Numbered from the stretch's first letter, positions 1-11,308 are shown. The stretch is 64,000 bases of DNA from a bacterium (GCA_965209155.1 OZ242383.1:544001-608000), one strand, 5' to 3'. Numbers and translations: made by a program. Notes: generated from the sequence alone by a model not told the origin.

Positions 1-1292
1 GTGTTGTTCCAGGTGTCATAACGCAGGGCCAGCGCCAAAATGGCACGATTCTCCTCATTGAACAAATTGGGGTCATAGGCTTCGATTCGGGTCATATTGA
101 CTTCAACCGACGTTGTCAAATCCGACACTCCCAGGTAATCGAAACCCAACATGATTTGGGTCAGGTTTTTCTCGCTCCAGTTTTGAGGATTCGGCACTAC
201 ACTTTTCATTTGGCGCTCAAAATCTTCCTGCTTTCGTGCCAGAATCACTCCGAGCTTTCGTGCCAATTCGATTTTGAACAACCAGGGACCATTAACGTAA
301 TTGGCCGATGCGCCATAGACCCGGATTCGTTTGTACCTGGGAAAATAAGTGGAGTTACGCAATTGGAGATCCAGATAGGGATCGTCTGTAAAAACGTCGG
401 CAGCTACGAAAGCGACATCGCCTCCATTGAAAGATTTGAAGAGCCGGAGCAACAACTCTGACTCCTTTCCCAGGATTTCAGGTCGTACTTCCGGCGCAAT
501 AGCAAAGATATTTCTCAATCTGATGAAGGGATCGAAGTCGGAACCTGGTGCGGCATTTTTGTTGGTGCGGAATTCATGAATGACCACCAGATTCCATTCC
601 CAGTTTTTGTTAAAATAATTTAATCTGGTGGCCCAAACGGGGATACGGGCATTTTCGACATCAACCAACCCCAACTCACGATTGTCCCTCGGATTGCCCA
701 CATCCGTGATGGCGGCGACTTCCGATTCTCCCCAGGCCATGATTTGACGTCCTGATTTGATCCATAACGACTCAGTGACCGGCCCCTCGATGAAGGTATC
801 CCGTATTTCTGCTTCCGCTTCAAACGCGTTCAACGTCTCGTCGGAGAAATCATGGCGATTATTCAGACTGTAATAAGCATCGTAGAAAGCATTCCCACTG
901 ACTTTGACTCTCCACTTTTCCGAGAGTGGGAACCGGTAACTCAGGTTGATAGTGGAACGGATCTTGGTCCAATCCGCCTTGGTTCGCGTGAACGGGAAAC
1001 TGCTGTCGGGTTTTTGATAGCCGTAATTCAATTCTTCTTTAAAAAATCCGCTGAAATCAGACTTGGTACCGGTACCTGCCTCGATCGGAACTTCCACCTT
1101 GATTTCCTGGAAGGCGTCCTCCCCGGATTCTCCGAATCCATCTTCGTTGAGCCACTCATCCACGTCCTCCTCGAATGCTTCCCGTGTTTCAGAAGTGACT
1201 TCTTGTGCTTGTATTACGGACAGTGAATTAAAATTACGGAGAAAAAAACCGATAGCTAAGAAGAGTGCAATCAGGAAAAAAATACGATTCAT
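1..1292 (-). CDS. Outer-membrane beta-barrel-like exported protein (DUF1302-like), 3' end outside window
   Basis: Not in the ORF track. Open frame from ATG at 1292 (abutting the stop of the upstream gene) to the window edge: signal peptide MNRIFFLIALFLAIG, acidic linker, then GRQIMAWGESE...NPRDNRELG motifs typical of partners of LolA-like sorting proteins. Confidence 0.7.
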   Translation of the reverse strand, partial: MNRIFFLIALFLAIGFFLRNFNSLSVIQAQEVTSETREAFEEDVDEWLNEDGFGESGEDAFQEIKVEVPIEAGTGTKSDFSGFFKEELNYGYQKPDSSFPFTRTKADWTKIRSTINLSYRFPLSEKWRVKVSGNAFYDAYYSLNNRHDFSDETLNAFEAEAEIRDTFIEGPVTESLWIKSGRQIMAWGESEVAAITDVGNPRDNRELGLVDVENARIPVWATRLNYFNKNWEWNLVVIHEFRTNKNAAPGSDFDPFIRLRNIFAIAPEVRPEILGKESELLLRLFKSFNGGDVAFVAADVFTDDPYLDLQLRNSTYFPRYKRIRVYGASANYVNGPWLFKIELARKLGVILARKQEDFERQMKSVVPNPQNWSEKNLTQIMLGFDYLGVSDLTTSVEVNMTRIEAYDPNLFNEENRAILALALRYDTWNN

Positions 1293-2117
1293 TCACAGCC
1301 CCCGTTCCATACGTTGCGTAGTGAACATGTCATCGTCCAAAGGAGCATTGAACTGAATCGAATTAGTTTGCAAAACGGTGCTGTGTTCTATTTTTCCTCT
1401 TTTGGTGGTCACCATCTGTAATCTTTTCGCAGTCCAGATATCCTGGATTTTTTCGATCTCGAAAACAGTCAAATATTTGATTTTCTTTCCTTTTTTAACC
1501 CAGAATTTTCCTCGCACGAGCATGAAGTTGTCTTTACTAATCCACACCTGGCTTTTCATGTATCCGGTTTCTTTGATAACTTGTTTGGCGATGGATGGTT
1601 TTGGCAGACTTTCGATGACCCACACGGGATGAGCGTCCACTGTTTCGTTTTCTTTCCCTTTGACAAAAGTGAAATCATAATTTCCTAATTCCACCCCTTC
1701 AATATCCGAGTAGGTGAAATCACTACCCATGAAAGCACCGGATTTGTCCGCAGAGGCGATCCGTTTCACCTTACGCAATGCTGGCAGGTAGAGCCATGAA
1801 TCATCCTCTTTGCGTTCATCATCCCAGTCGTGGGAAAGAAAGGCGGTGTTTCTGACATCAGCCGGAGTGAGAAAGAAGGTGATCGCTTTCGTGCCCCCGT
1901 CGGTTTCTTTGGAATACACTTTGATCTGGCGCACGCGCTGCCCGCCTTTCCGGTCAATCAGAATCATTGTGCTTTCCTGAATTGAAGTCTCTCCCGTTTC
2001 CCGAGCATCCACTTTCCGCATCACTTCTGTTGCCGTCAATTCCGTTGCTACGGCAGAAGGGATGACGAAACTGAAAAACATTAAAATGCCCATTGAATGC
2101 ATGCGTAATTTAACCAT
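1293..2117 (-). CDS. Outer membrane lipoprotein-sorting protein (LolA-like)
   Basis: Signal peptide; motifs WLYLPALRKVKRIA and FMGSDFTYSD. Confidence 0.85.
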   Translation of the reverse strand: MVKLRMHSMGILMFFSFVIPSAVATELTATEVMRKVDARETGETSIQESTMILIDRKGGQRVRQIKVYSKETDGGTKAITFFLTPADVRNTAFLSHDWDDERKEDDSWLYLPALRKVKRIASADKSGAFMGSDFTYSDIEGVELGNYDFTFVKGKENETVDAHPVWVIESLPKPSIAKQVIKETGYMKSQVWISKDNFMLVRGKFWVKKGKKIKYLTVFEIEKIQDIWTAKRLQMVTTKRGKIEHSTVLQTNSIQFNAPLDDDMFTTQRMERGL

Positions 2118-2186
2118 TTTTCACCTTTGCATTATGAATTTTTTCTCTGCAAACTGCTATCGGAAGTCTCTTGAACAACGTAATTA

Positions 2187-4125
2187 GTGTCTGGCAGAAA
2201 ATTACAATTTTACTAATAGGAGATGTAGAACTCGCGAGAATAGCCATTCTTGAACAGGCCATATTTTAGAGAATTGAAGCTTTTTTTCTTTGAGTTCCCC
2301 GCTTTTTTGTTAATCCTCTTTTTTTGGGCAAACCCCTCCCCTCTTTTTTTAGAATGAGGAGTCGTCCTTTGGTTCAGGCCGCTTTTTTGTAGGGTCCTCG
2401 TTTACGACGCTGCCGTTCTTTTTGTTGTTCACGCAGGACGGTGCCGAGACGGTGGATGTTTTTTGCAAGCACAGCCAGAGCGACATAGCGTTCGAACCCC
2501 TTGATCCCATGATCTGGACATCGGTCGAGTCCGTGCACTTCCAGAGCGTTGATGGCGGATTCGATCGCAGCGTGTTGGCGGCGCAGGAGTTTGAATTCCC
2601 GGGAATCTTCTCTCTGCCTGTCTGCTTTGCTCAACTTGCCTTTTTTGGGAAGCACGACAAGATCCAGCAGTGCTTTGAGTTCACGCTGATTCTGCGGGCT
2701 GTGAGCGCCTTTGTCCCAACTCACGACCGCAAGCTCGGGGAAGCGTTTTTTGCTTTCTTCGACGATTTCCACGGCCACCTTCTCATCGCTCTGCCTGCGC
2801 ATCACCTGATGGTGAAGGATGAATTGATCCTGGTCCTCGATGAGGTTGACCCTCAGTCCGAGTTCCACTGGCACTCCCGCCTTGCCCTTGCTGATCCACT
2901 CGGTGTGGGGCTCGAAGATGGAAAAGATTTTTTCATGATGAGGGATGGTTTCGTTGAAACACACCCTGCGGATGATTTGGCTCATGAGTGTTTTTGCAGA
3001 GCCCATGTACTCCCGCAAGCGCAGCAGCTTCAAGGGGGAGCGCACCCGTTTTTCCAAAAGCTCCAGACTTGTCTGGACTCGCAGGTGATACCCCTTGGCC
3101 ATGAGAACGTATTTGAGATATTCTTTGCGCCTCTTTTCTTCGCGGGCACGCTTTATTTGCTCAACTTTCGAAGTGGAAGGCCTGAGCTTTTGGATGAGAC
3201 GATACTGCTTTTTGAACTGCCTGATGTTGAACCGATATTGTCGCCAGCCCTCCAACTGGCAACTCCGTGAAAGCCTGGCGCATTCTTCAATCGTCTTGCG
3301 TACGGCGTCGAAGAGCAGGTTGATGTCGGTCGGATAATGTACATTGGTTTCAACCACAAAGGAGTCGCAGCGAGCACGTAGAGCCTTGCTTGAATCATGA
3401 AGTTCAATCTTCTCCTCCGTGAGATTTCGGGTTGGCCCATCTTTTGGGACGTTTTTTTTACCAGCCCATGTCCGGCTTTGACAACCAACTGATTGATCTC
3501 ATCAAGAATCTCAGGTGTGAAAAGACGCAGGTTATCCTTGATCGTCTGTCGGTTGTAGGTCGTTTTGTCCTCCCACCCTCCATGTCCGAGCATCTGCCGG
3601 ATGGTGTCATGATGGTTAGCCAACTCATGGATGCGGTCGTAATCGGTGTTGAGACCCAGGCGCAATACGCCAAGCACCAGAATCTTCCACTGCTCCATCC
3701 CGGGACGCCCAAGACGAGGGTCCGCTTTGCGATGCCTGTCTTCGTTGCTCAGGCCCGCTCCGCTTCGCGATGGAATGACCCGTTCCAGAACTTTGAATAC
3801 CGATGCGCGTAATGCTGGCGTGGTGTATATGTATTGCAAACCGCGAAGGATAGGGGGGATATCATCACGGGATTTGAGATCCAACTCGATGGCGGCAATG
3901 TCGACTTCGCCAAACTTCATCTGGGGGTCACGTATGGTGCGCATAAAATTTCAAATCTTGAAGATTTATGGAAAAACGAAAGAAACCACTCCGAAGATAC
4001 TGTAACTGCAACGATTGACCCTTCATGCGGGGGGGCGCGCACTCGGGTTTTTTCAAATCTTCGCGTCACAAATATCAGTTTATCATCTTGATATAATTAA
4101 TGAAAGACTTTTTTCTGCCAAACAA
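2187..4125 (-). mobile_element. ISNCY (ISDol1-like) insertion sequence, 1939 bp
   Basis: Terminal inverted repeats GTGTCTGGCAGAAAA / TTGTTTGGCAGAAAA (13/15); 6-bp direct repeat TAATTA at 2181-2186 and 4126-4131. Confidence 0.85.
2374..3944 (-). CDS. ISNCY-family DDE transposase, two frames joined by a -1 frameshift at an A8 run (3452-3459)
   Basis: ORF1 (GRPGMEQWKILVLG...) reads to VKK. The -1 frame continues NVPKD...RARCDSFVVETNVHYPTD...SWDKG...HAAIESAIN with DDE-like motifs. Confidence 0.85.
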
Positions 4126-4131
4126 TAATTA

Positions 4132-4404
4132 GGGCTTGCTGAAAAACTTTTATTTTTAAGAAAGGATTTTTAAGAGTTTTTAATAGAGTTAAGTTGATAA
4201 AGGATTAGACAGCCAATGGAATCGTTTTTTGGTTTATATAACGTTTATAGCGTGTTCTGACACCGATATTTCGCAGGAATCGCAGCGAAAAAAGAAACAA
4301 AAAGAGGAGCCTGAGCCCCTTTTCGAGATTGATCACCAAAAAGGTCAGAGCAATAGAGCACTGGCTGGTTAGAGCAAGTTTGGTCATGACCCTGCCTAGA
4401 CTAA
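4132..4404 (-). pseudogene. Terminal remnant of an IS5-family element (transposase C-terminus plus end)
   Basis: SLGRVMTKLALTSQCSIALTFLVINLEK resembles IS5-family transposase C-termini; GGGCTTGCTGAAAAA end; truncated by the next IS. Confidence 0.6.
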
Positions 4405-5292
4405 GAACCTGTTTGAAAGTCATTTAATTCTCTTTAACATCAAGCAAATCATAGCGAGATAGATTATATTTTCAGAGTTTTTTGCTTTTCTTTCATAATC
4501 GATGTTGAGTCTTCGATACCATCCAAACTAGGAAAAGGTTCTTTCGACGATCCACCTTTTCGGTTGGAGCTGAAAGCCCGTTCTCTGGAGGTTTAGAGTG
4601 ACCTCAAGTTCAGATTGAAATCGATTCCATAACCATTGGGCTAATTCCCCTCGATAACCTCCGTCGGCCCAAATCATCTGAATCGAAAAGAACCAGCGAA
4701 ACATCGATTCCAAAAGATCGTAAGCACTTTTGGAATCGGAGGCATTGGCATCAGTGACTTTAACCATGAGAGGAATTCCTGAGATATCAACAGCTAGATG
4801 CCTTTTATAACCTTTGATTCGATTATTTCCATCAAAACCTCGACTCTCAGCCAGTTCTGTGGTTTTGACAGATTGACTATCAATCATTGCAGCACTGGGT
4901 TCGGCAGCTCTGCCCATTTCTATTCGGGTTTGCCGATGGAGAAACTGGTGAATCAGGAACCAAGTCTCATTCTTACACCATTTACTGTAGTGGTAATAAA
5001 CACTTTGCCAAGGAGGAAAATCTTTGGGAGGCATTCTCCATTGACAACCCGTGACCACTACATACAAAATGGCGTTTATGATAACTCGTAGTTCCCATTT
5101 ACGAAGGTGGGCTCCACGAGTTGAAAGTTCGGGAAGATACTCTTGAAGTCTTTCCCATTGTTTATCACTGACATCACTGTTATAACCTGAACGTTCCATG
5201 TTCACTCCTTGTTATTAAGGTTTCATTTCTCTCAAAATGAATGTGACATGGAACACTTCCAACAGGAAGCTTAACTTATTTCAAACAGGTTC
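4405..5292 (-). mobile_element. IS5 family, IS1031-like element, 888 bp
   Basis: Perfect 14-bp TIRs GAACCTGTTTGAAA (4405-4418, 5279-5292); TAA direct repeat at 4402-4404 and 5293-5295. Confidence 0.9.
4420..5199 (-). pseudogene. IS5/IS1031 transposase with a premature stop
   Basis: Motifs GCQWRM, IDSQSVK, WADGGY, KRWIVERTFS. TAG at 4528-4530 replaces the conserved Trp and the frame continues FGWYRRLNIDYE...LKRIK* to 4420. Confidence 0.85.
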
Positions 5293-5402
5293 TAAGAGTC
5301 AACCCTCCAAACGCAAAAAAATGCAGCACCCACTGGGAGGAACCAAGATCTCGCAGTTCTATGACCGATGTTTCAAAGCCAGGACGAAATTCCTCCTTTC
5401 CT

Positions 5403-6896
5403 TCAGTCCGCCGCCAGGTGACGTGCTTGCTCCACCGATTTTTTCCACCCGTTAATAAGGGTCGTCACTTGTTGAGCGTCCATTTGAGGAAGAAAATTTC
5501 GATTTCCCCGGCGTATTTGTTCGAGATCTTCCGGACACTTCCAGACACCCATGGCCAATCCTGCGAAAAAGGCGGCACCCAAGGCCGTGGTTTCAGTGAT
5601 TTCCGGTCGATTCACCTCGATACCTGAAATATCTGCCTGAAACTGGCAGAGAAAATCATTTTGACATGCTCCTCCGTCGACCCGCAGGGTACTGATTTTT
5701 CGTCCTGTGTCTTTTTCCATGCATTGCACGATATCATGACTCTGATAACAAATTGCCTCCAAGGCCGCCCGTGCCAAGTGATTTTTGTCAACATTGCGGG
5801 TCAATCCCACAATGGTTCCTCGCGCATGAGCGTCCCAATAGGGAGCCCCCAAACCCACGAATGCCGGGACGATATAAACACCCTGCGTCCCGGCAACCGA
5901 CCGGGCCATGCTTTCGGTTTCCGATGCATCTTTGAAAAGACCCAGACCATCCCGCAGCCATTGAATCAAAGCTCCTGCAATGAAAACCGATCCTTCCAGG
6001 GCATAAGTGACTCGATCGTCAATTTTCCATGCTACCGTCGTCAAAAGCCCATGCTCCGAGCGGGCGGCTTCAGTTCCCGTGTTGAGCAGCATGAAACAAC
6101 CGGTGCCATAGGTATTCTTCACCATTCCCCTGGAAAAACAAGCCTGGCCAAACAAGGCAGCATGTTGGTCACCGGCAACCCCTGCAATCGGAATCTCCCG
6201 GCCAAGTATCGAAACATCGGTCATTCCGAGCACTCCACTGGACGGAACCACTCGAGGCAAAGTAGAAAAAGGAATTTCGAATTTACGCAGAATTTCCTCA
6301 TCCCACTGCTGCTCATGGATATTATAAACCAGGGTCCGTGATGCATTGGTGACGTCCGTCGCGAATACCTTCCCTTTCGTCAGTTTCCAAATCAGCCAGG
6401 CGTCGACGGTCCCCAAAGCGAGTTGATCGTTTTGAGCCAGGTGGGCCGCTTGCGCATTGTTTTTCAGCAACCACCGCATTTTGGTTCCGGAAAAATAGGC
6501 GTCGGGGAGCAGTCCTGTTTTTTCTTGTAAAACCTGCCCAAAGCCTTCCGCTCTGAGCAGGTCACAATAGTCAGCCGTGCGACGACACTGCCAGACGATG
6601 GCATTTTGCACCGGCTCTCCCGTCGATTTATCCCAGGCGATCACCGTTTCTCTTTGATTGGTGATTCCGATGGATTGAATCTCCGACACGGACAACCCAG
6701 CTTTTTTAACGACTGCACGCATCGTAGCGAGTTGCGTGTTCCATAGATCCAATGGATTTTGCTCCACCCAACCGTCTTTGGGATAATGACAGTCTGATTC
6801 CGCGCTCACGCTCGACAGGAGCTGACCTTCTTCTTGAAACAATAAGCTCCTGGAACTGGAGGTTCCCTGATCCAGTGCCATGATCACTTTTGACAT
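5403..6896 (-). CDS. glpK: Glycerol kinase
   Basis: ALDQGTSSSR, GITNQRET, AIVWQCRRT, GDQHAALFGQ, KNTYGTGCF; RBS AGGAG before ATG 6896. Confidence 0.95.
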   Translation of the reverse strand: MSKVIMALDQGTSSSRSLLFQEEGQLLSSVSAESDCHYPKDGWVEQNPLDLWNTQLATMRAVVKKAGLSVSEIQSIGITNQRETVIAWDKSTGEPVQNAIVWQCRRTADYCDLLRAEGFGQVLQEKTGLLPDAYFSGTKMRWLLKNNAQAAHLAQNDQLALGTVDAWLIWKLTKGKVFATDVTNASRTLVYNIHEQQWDEEILRKFEIPFSTLPRVVPSSGVLGMTDVSILGREIPIAGVAGDQHAALFGQACFSRGMVKNTYGTGCFMLLNTGTEAARSEHGLLTTVAWKIDDRVTYALEGSVFIAGALIQWLRDGLGLFKDASETESMARSVAGTQGVYIVPAFVGLGAPYWDAHARGTIVGLTRNVDKNHLARAALEAICYQSHDIVQCMEKDTGRKISTLRVDGGACQNDFLCQFQADISGIEVNRPEITETTALGAAFFAGLAMGVWKCPEDLEQIRRGNRNFLPQMDAQQVTTLINGWKKSVEQARHLAAD

Positions 6897-6985
6897 GAGG
6901 TATCTCCTGTTCGAGTGGGAATTTCTATGCTGAATCACCTGGTTTCGACATTGCTCTTCAGGTGTATGAATATCCTGAGTGTATT

Positions 6986-7188
6986 TGTCCTCCTCGCTAA
7001 ACTTGTCCCTGTTAAACTTGTCCCTGCGAAAGCAGGGAGCAAGGAGCGGAGAGCCCGAATTCGGTCTGGCTGCATACCCCTGGATTCCTGGTCAAGCCAG
7101 GAATGACATATGCGATCCACTGGATACCGGATCAAGCTTGGAATGACAGTTGCGATCCACTGGATACCGGATCAAGTTCGGGATAACA
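6986..7188. repeat. Cluster of REP-like palindromes (CCTGCGAAAGCAGG; CTGGATTCCTGGTCAAGCCAGGAATGAC family)
   Basis: Short hairpins with internal tandem duplications; related copies at 11202-11308 and 61136-61215. Confidence 0.75.
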
Positions 7189-7671
7189 AATCATTATTTA
7201 TCGTAATCTGACTCTCAATATAGCAAATTGCTACAATTGTTCAGTTAGTTTTTCAAAGTCATGATTGGAAACAAATCCTGGATGGGAAGCAATCTCCAAC
7301 TGGGTTTGTCGTTCAAATAATGATCCATTAGCGATCTGGATAGTGCGGTCACCTTTGTGCCCCTGTGCCGTTGTGCCTCTGTGCCTGGCCGGGAAATGTT
7401 TCATGAGTCCTAAAGGGAGCGCTTTATGCAAAATTAATTCATGTAACATCAGATTTTAAAATACTTGACCCCTTCCATGATATTCATTAGAAACCTTATC
7501 ATCGGATTGCCACCATGATTCGAGTTAATTTTATGAAAGAACCCGTTCAAAAGCAGGAAGAATGAAAAAAATTCGGAAGAGGAATTGAATTTTTTGAATG
7601 AAGTCTCTAAAAACGAAAAAATCAGCTCCTTTTTTTGCAGGGACAAACACTCAATTTCATTGAGGTTTCAG

Positions 7672-9165
7672 ATGACGCAGTACGTGCTCGGCTACGATAT
7701 TGGAAGTTCTGCTATAAAAGCTGCGCTGGTGGAAGTCGACAGCGGCAGAGTGCAAGCTTCAGCCACTGCTCCACAAACCGAGATGTCGATTCAAGCGCCC
7801 AAACCCGGGTGGGCCGAACAAGATCCGCAGGAGTGGTGGATGCATGTGAAGGAGGTCACCCATTGCCTGGCGGGTCAGGACGGTGTCGATCTCCGTCAAG
7901 TCGGGGCAATTGGCATCTCTTATCAGATGCACGGTCTGGTGCTGGTCGATCGAACTCTGAACGTTCTTCGTCCTGCCATCATTTGGTGTGACAGTCGAGC
8001 CGTAGAAATGGGTCAACGGGCTTTTGATGCGATTGGTCCACAAACCTGTCTCGAACGATTGCTCAACTCACCAGGAAATTTCACCGCCTCGAAGTTCAAG
8101 TGGGTCAAGGAAAATGAGCCGGAAATTTACGCCAGGGTTCACAAAGCGATGTTGCCCGGAGATTACATTACTTTGAAAATGACTGGACAACTCTCGACCA
8201 CGCCTGCAGGTCTTTCCGAAGGCATTTTGTGGGATTTCCAGCATCAAGAGATCGCTCACCTGCTCCTGGAACATTTTGGAATTCCCGTCGAGCGCTTCCC
8301 CGAGCTTGTATACAACTTTTCGGAACAGGGTCGCCTGCGCCAAGCGGCTGCAGAAGAACTGGGATTACCGGCGGGAACGCCATTGACATATCGCGGAGGG
8401 GACCAACCCAACAACGCTCTTTCTCTGAACGTGTTGGCACCTGGTGAGATTGCCGCCACTGCAGGGACTTCCGGCGTGATATACGGAGTGAGTGATAAAT
8501 TGCTCCTCGATGATCGCTCCCGGGTTAACACGTTTGTCAATGTAAACCACCACGTCAACAGACCCCGGTACGGTGTTTTGCTGTGCATCAATGGAACCGG
8601 TAGCTTGTACAGTTGGCTCAAGCACAACTTTATGGACTCAGGCACCGGTTACGACGAGATGAACCACCTCGCCGCGTCGGTACCCATTGGTGCCGCAGGT
8701 TTGTCTCTCCTTCCTTTTGGAAACGGTGCGGAACGAACCCTGGATAATCAAAATCCCGGCGCGCAACTCGACTGTCTCGATTTCAACATTCATACGCGAG
8801 CGCACGTGCTGCGAGCCGCAAAAGAGGGAATCGTTTTCGCCTTGCAAGATGGACTGGAGACGATGCGCAGCTTGGGGCTCGAGACGGAGAAGGTACGAGC
8901 CGGGAAGGTCAACCTGTTTCTCAGTCCCCTTTTCTGTGAGGCGTTCGCAGCCCTCACCGGTATCCAGCTCGAACTATACGAGACTGACGGAGCCCAGGGC
9001 GCCGCCCTCGCGGCAGGGGTCGGCGCCGGTATTTACGAGGATGTCGCCGATGCCATGCGCGGATTACGCCTCCTGCAAGTCATTGCTCCGGACCTTTCCA
9101 AAAGAGCGGAATACCAAGACGCTTATCAACGTTGGAAAAGGCGGCTTATAAAAAAATTGAGTTAA
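7672..9165 (+). CDS. xylB: Xylulokinase (FGGY carbohydrate kinase)
   Basis: LGYDIGSSAIK, GISYQMHG, IIWCDSR, NSPGNFTASK, GDQPNNA. Confidence 0.85.
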   Translation: MTQYVLGYDIGSSAIKAALVEVDSGRVQASATAPQTEMSIQAPKPGWAEQDPQEWWMHVKEVTHCLAGQDGVDLRQVGAIGISYQMHGLVLVDRTLNVLRPAIIWCDSRAVEMGQRAFDAIGPQTCLERLLNSPGNFTASKFKWVKENEPEIYARVHKAMLPGDYITLKMTGQLSTTPAGLSEGILWDFQHQEIAHLLLEHFGIPVERFPELVYNFSEQGRLRQAAAEELGLPAGTPLTYRGGDQPNNALSLNVLAPGEIAATAGTSGVIYGVSDKLLLDDRSRVNTFVNVNHHVNRPRYGVLLCINGTGSLYSWLKHNFMDSGTGYDEMNHLAASVPIGAAGLSLLPFGNGAERTLDNQNPGAQLDCLDFNIHTRAHVLRAAKEGIVFALQDGLETMRSLGLETEKVRAGKVNLFLSPLFCEAFAALTGIQLELYETDGAQGAALAAGVGAGIYEDVADAMRGLRLLQVIAPDLSKRAEYQDAYQRWKRRLIKKLS

Positions 9166-9281
9166 ATAATTTTGATTGGCTCCTTAAAGCTGCCGTCAAG
9201 GATTGGAAAGTCCGTAAAGGGAATCCGAATGCGAATGTTTCATGAATTCTCAATGGAGTTCTTATTGCAAAATTTGTTCAA

Positions 9282-9435
9282 GTAACCTTCATGGAATAGT
9301 ATTCCACCCCGGAGAATGAAAAAAATTTCAAAGGGTTATCCCATTATTTTCACGGTAAGTAACCTTCATGGAATAGTATTCCACCCCGGAGAATGAAAAA
9401 AATTTCAAAGGGTTATCCCATTATTTTCACGGTAA
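9282..9435. repeat. Exact 77-bp tandem duplication
   Basis: 9282-9358 is identical to 9359-9435; lies between convergent xylB and GST. Confidence 0.9.
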
Positions 9436-9437
9436 CA

Positions 9438-10145
9438 TCAGCTTTTCACTGCACCGGCAATCGATTCAGCCGTTTGGCCGAATAAAATTTTGCGAGATTC
9501 CTCTTCGTTTAATGGGGTTTGTTCGCGCAATTCCTTCCCCGTATCCACGCCTTTTTGGACGGCGGGGCGGGCTTTCATGGTGTCAAACCAACGGCGCAGA
9601 CGCGGGAATTCATCCAAACTCTGTTCATATCGCTGGTAAGGAACAATCCATGGGAAAGAAGCCATATCCGCAATGGAATAGTCTCCAGCGAGGAAATTAC
9701 GATTTTCCAATTGACGTTCCATCACTCCCAACAATCGATTGTATTCGTTCCCATAACGCTGCAAGGCATAAGGGATTTTTTCCGGCGCGTAGTTGATAAA
9801 GTGCCCCAGTTGCCCTGCCATCGGACCCAAATTCCCGACTTGCCAATACAACCATTGAATCACCTCATAACGATTGCTCAACTCAAGCGGCATGTATTTT
9901 CCCGTTTTTTCAGCCAGATACGTCAAAATGGCGCCTGATTCAAAAATCGACACCACGCCGCCATCCGCATCATGGTCCACGATGGCGGGCATGCGGTTAT
10001 TGGGGCTGATTTTGAGAAAATCCGCTTTGAATTGATCCCCACGCCCAATATTCACCGGGACCAGGTTGTAAGGCAGATTGCATTCTTCGAGCATGATCGT
10101 GATTTTCCATCCGTTGGGCGTTGGCCAAAAATAAAGATCAATCAT
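9438..10145 (-). CDS. Glutathione S-transferase (YfcG-like)
   Basis: MIDLYFWPTPNG, ISPNNRMPAI, FESGAIL, YSIADMA. Confidence 0.9.
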   Translation of the reverse strand: MIDLYFWPTPNGWKITIMLEECNLPYNLVPVNIGRGDQFKADFLKISPNNRMPAIVDHDADGGVVSIFESGAILTYLAEKTGKYMPLELSNRYEVIQWLYWQVGNLGPMAGQLGHFINYAPEKIPYALQRYGNEYNRLLGVMERQLENRNFLAGDYSIADMASFPWIVPYQRYEQSLDEFPRLRRWFDTMKARPAVQKGVDTGKELREQTPLNEEESRKILFGQTAESIAGAVKS

Positions 10146-10181
10146 TGAAATATTCCTTTTTGTAAAAAAAATTGTAAAACG

Positions 10182-10949
10182 CTACTTGCCAAATCGAGCG
10201 TTCAATCGTCTCATGCCATTGAGCCAACGGTCATAATCGGAAGATTTACGCTGCATATATGTCAAAACCATCGGATGCGGCAAAACCAGGAAAAGTTCTT
10301 CGTCGAGTGTCTCGATCACGCAGTCCGCCACCTCTTCTGGATCGAGCATGCCATCCACTCCCGCTACGCCTCCGTTTTCCAAACCGGCTGTCATATTCGT
10401 ACGAACGGCTTGGGGACAAAGCACCGAAACCTTGATGCCTTGATCACCATAGGTAATGGCAAGATATTCAGCAAATGCGACCGCCGCGTGTTTGGTCACT
10501 CCGTAAGGAGCCGATCCAATTTGATTCAACAATCCCGCAGCAGAAGCGGTATTCAGGAGATAGCCGCCACCCCGGGCAACCATGACAGGGACAACAGCGC
10601 GCGCGGCATAGACATGGGCCATCAAATTGATCTCCCAAATCTTTTGCCAATCGGCATTGGATGCTTCAAATCCCCCATTGACGGAAATCCCGGCATTGGA
10701 ACAAAACAAATCGATCGGACCGACTTGATTTTCCGTTTCCTCCACCAAACGGACGATATCGGTTTCCTGGCTGACGTCGACTCGCTTAGCGACCGCGCCG
10801 ATCTCCTTTGCCACGGCCCGGCAATGCGCCTCTTCGAGGTCGGCGATCACTACTCTCCGAGCACCTTCTTTCACGAATCGTGAAGCCAAAGCCTTACCAA
10901 TTCCATTGGCTCCACCGGTCACTACCGCAATTTTATTTTTCAGTTTCAT
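10182..10949 (-). CDS. SDR-family oxidoreductase
   Basis: VVTGGANGIG, SNAG, YGVTK catalytic motif. Confidence 0.9.
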   Translation of the reverse strand: MKLKNKIAVVTGGANGIGKALASRFVKEGARRVVIADLEEAHCRAVAKEIGAVAKRVDVSQETDIVRLVEETENQVGPIDLFCSNAGISVNGGFEASNADWQKIWEINLMAHVYAARAVVPVMVARGGGYLLNTASAAGLLNQIGSAPYGVTKHAAVAFAEYLAITYGDQGIKVSVLCPQAVRTNMTAGLENGGVAGVDGMLDPEEVADCVIETLDEELFLVLPHPMVLTYMQRKSSDYDRWLNGMRRLNARFGK

Positions 10950-11201
10950 GGTATTTCTTGATATCGAAGGCGTAGTCACTCACGCCGATTTTCTTCGATT
11001 AGTTCCAAATTTCCAGACACGGTTTGGAATCGTTGTTATTGTTTTTACCACAAATCGAATCACAGTGACAATTCCTGCATTTGAAAAGATTATCTCATGA
11101 TCGCCATTCTTTTTCAAAGGATTGGCTTCCAGAGGCATTCTGGCACGATTAAGTAACCCGAGTTCGACATAAATCTTTAATTAGGAGAATCCTGATGTAT
11201 A

Positions 11202-11308
11202 TGTCATCCTCGCTAAACTTGTCCCTGCGAAAGCAGGGAGCAGGTAGCGGGGATCCAGATTTCTGTCTGGCTTCATAACTCTGGATTCCTGCTTTCGCAG
11301 GAATGACA
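11202..11308. repeat. REP-like palindromic element
   Basis: TGTCAT...CCTGCGAAAGCAGG...ATCCAG / CTGGATTCCTGCTTTCGCAGGAATGACA; same family as 6986-7188. Confidence 0.75.

Noticed and set aside
156..1356. Plus-strand ORFs at the window start
   Set aside because: Antisense to the real minus-strand genes, including the one running off the window edge
4528..4530. TAG recoding (pyrrolysine or readthrough) in the IS5 transposase
   Set aside because: Position corresponds to a conserved Trp, so a TGG>TAG nonsense change is simpler; TAG is a normal stop elsewhere in the window
11140..11157. TGGCACG as a sigma54 promoter
   Set aside because: No GC at the -12 position and no downstream gene on that strand
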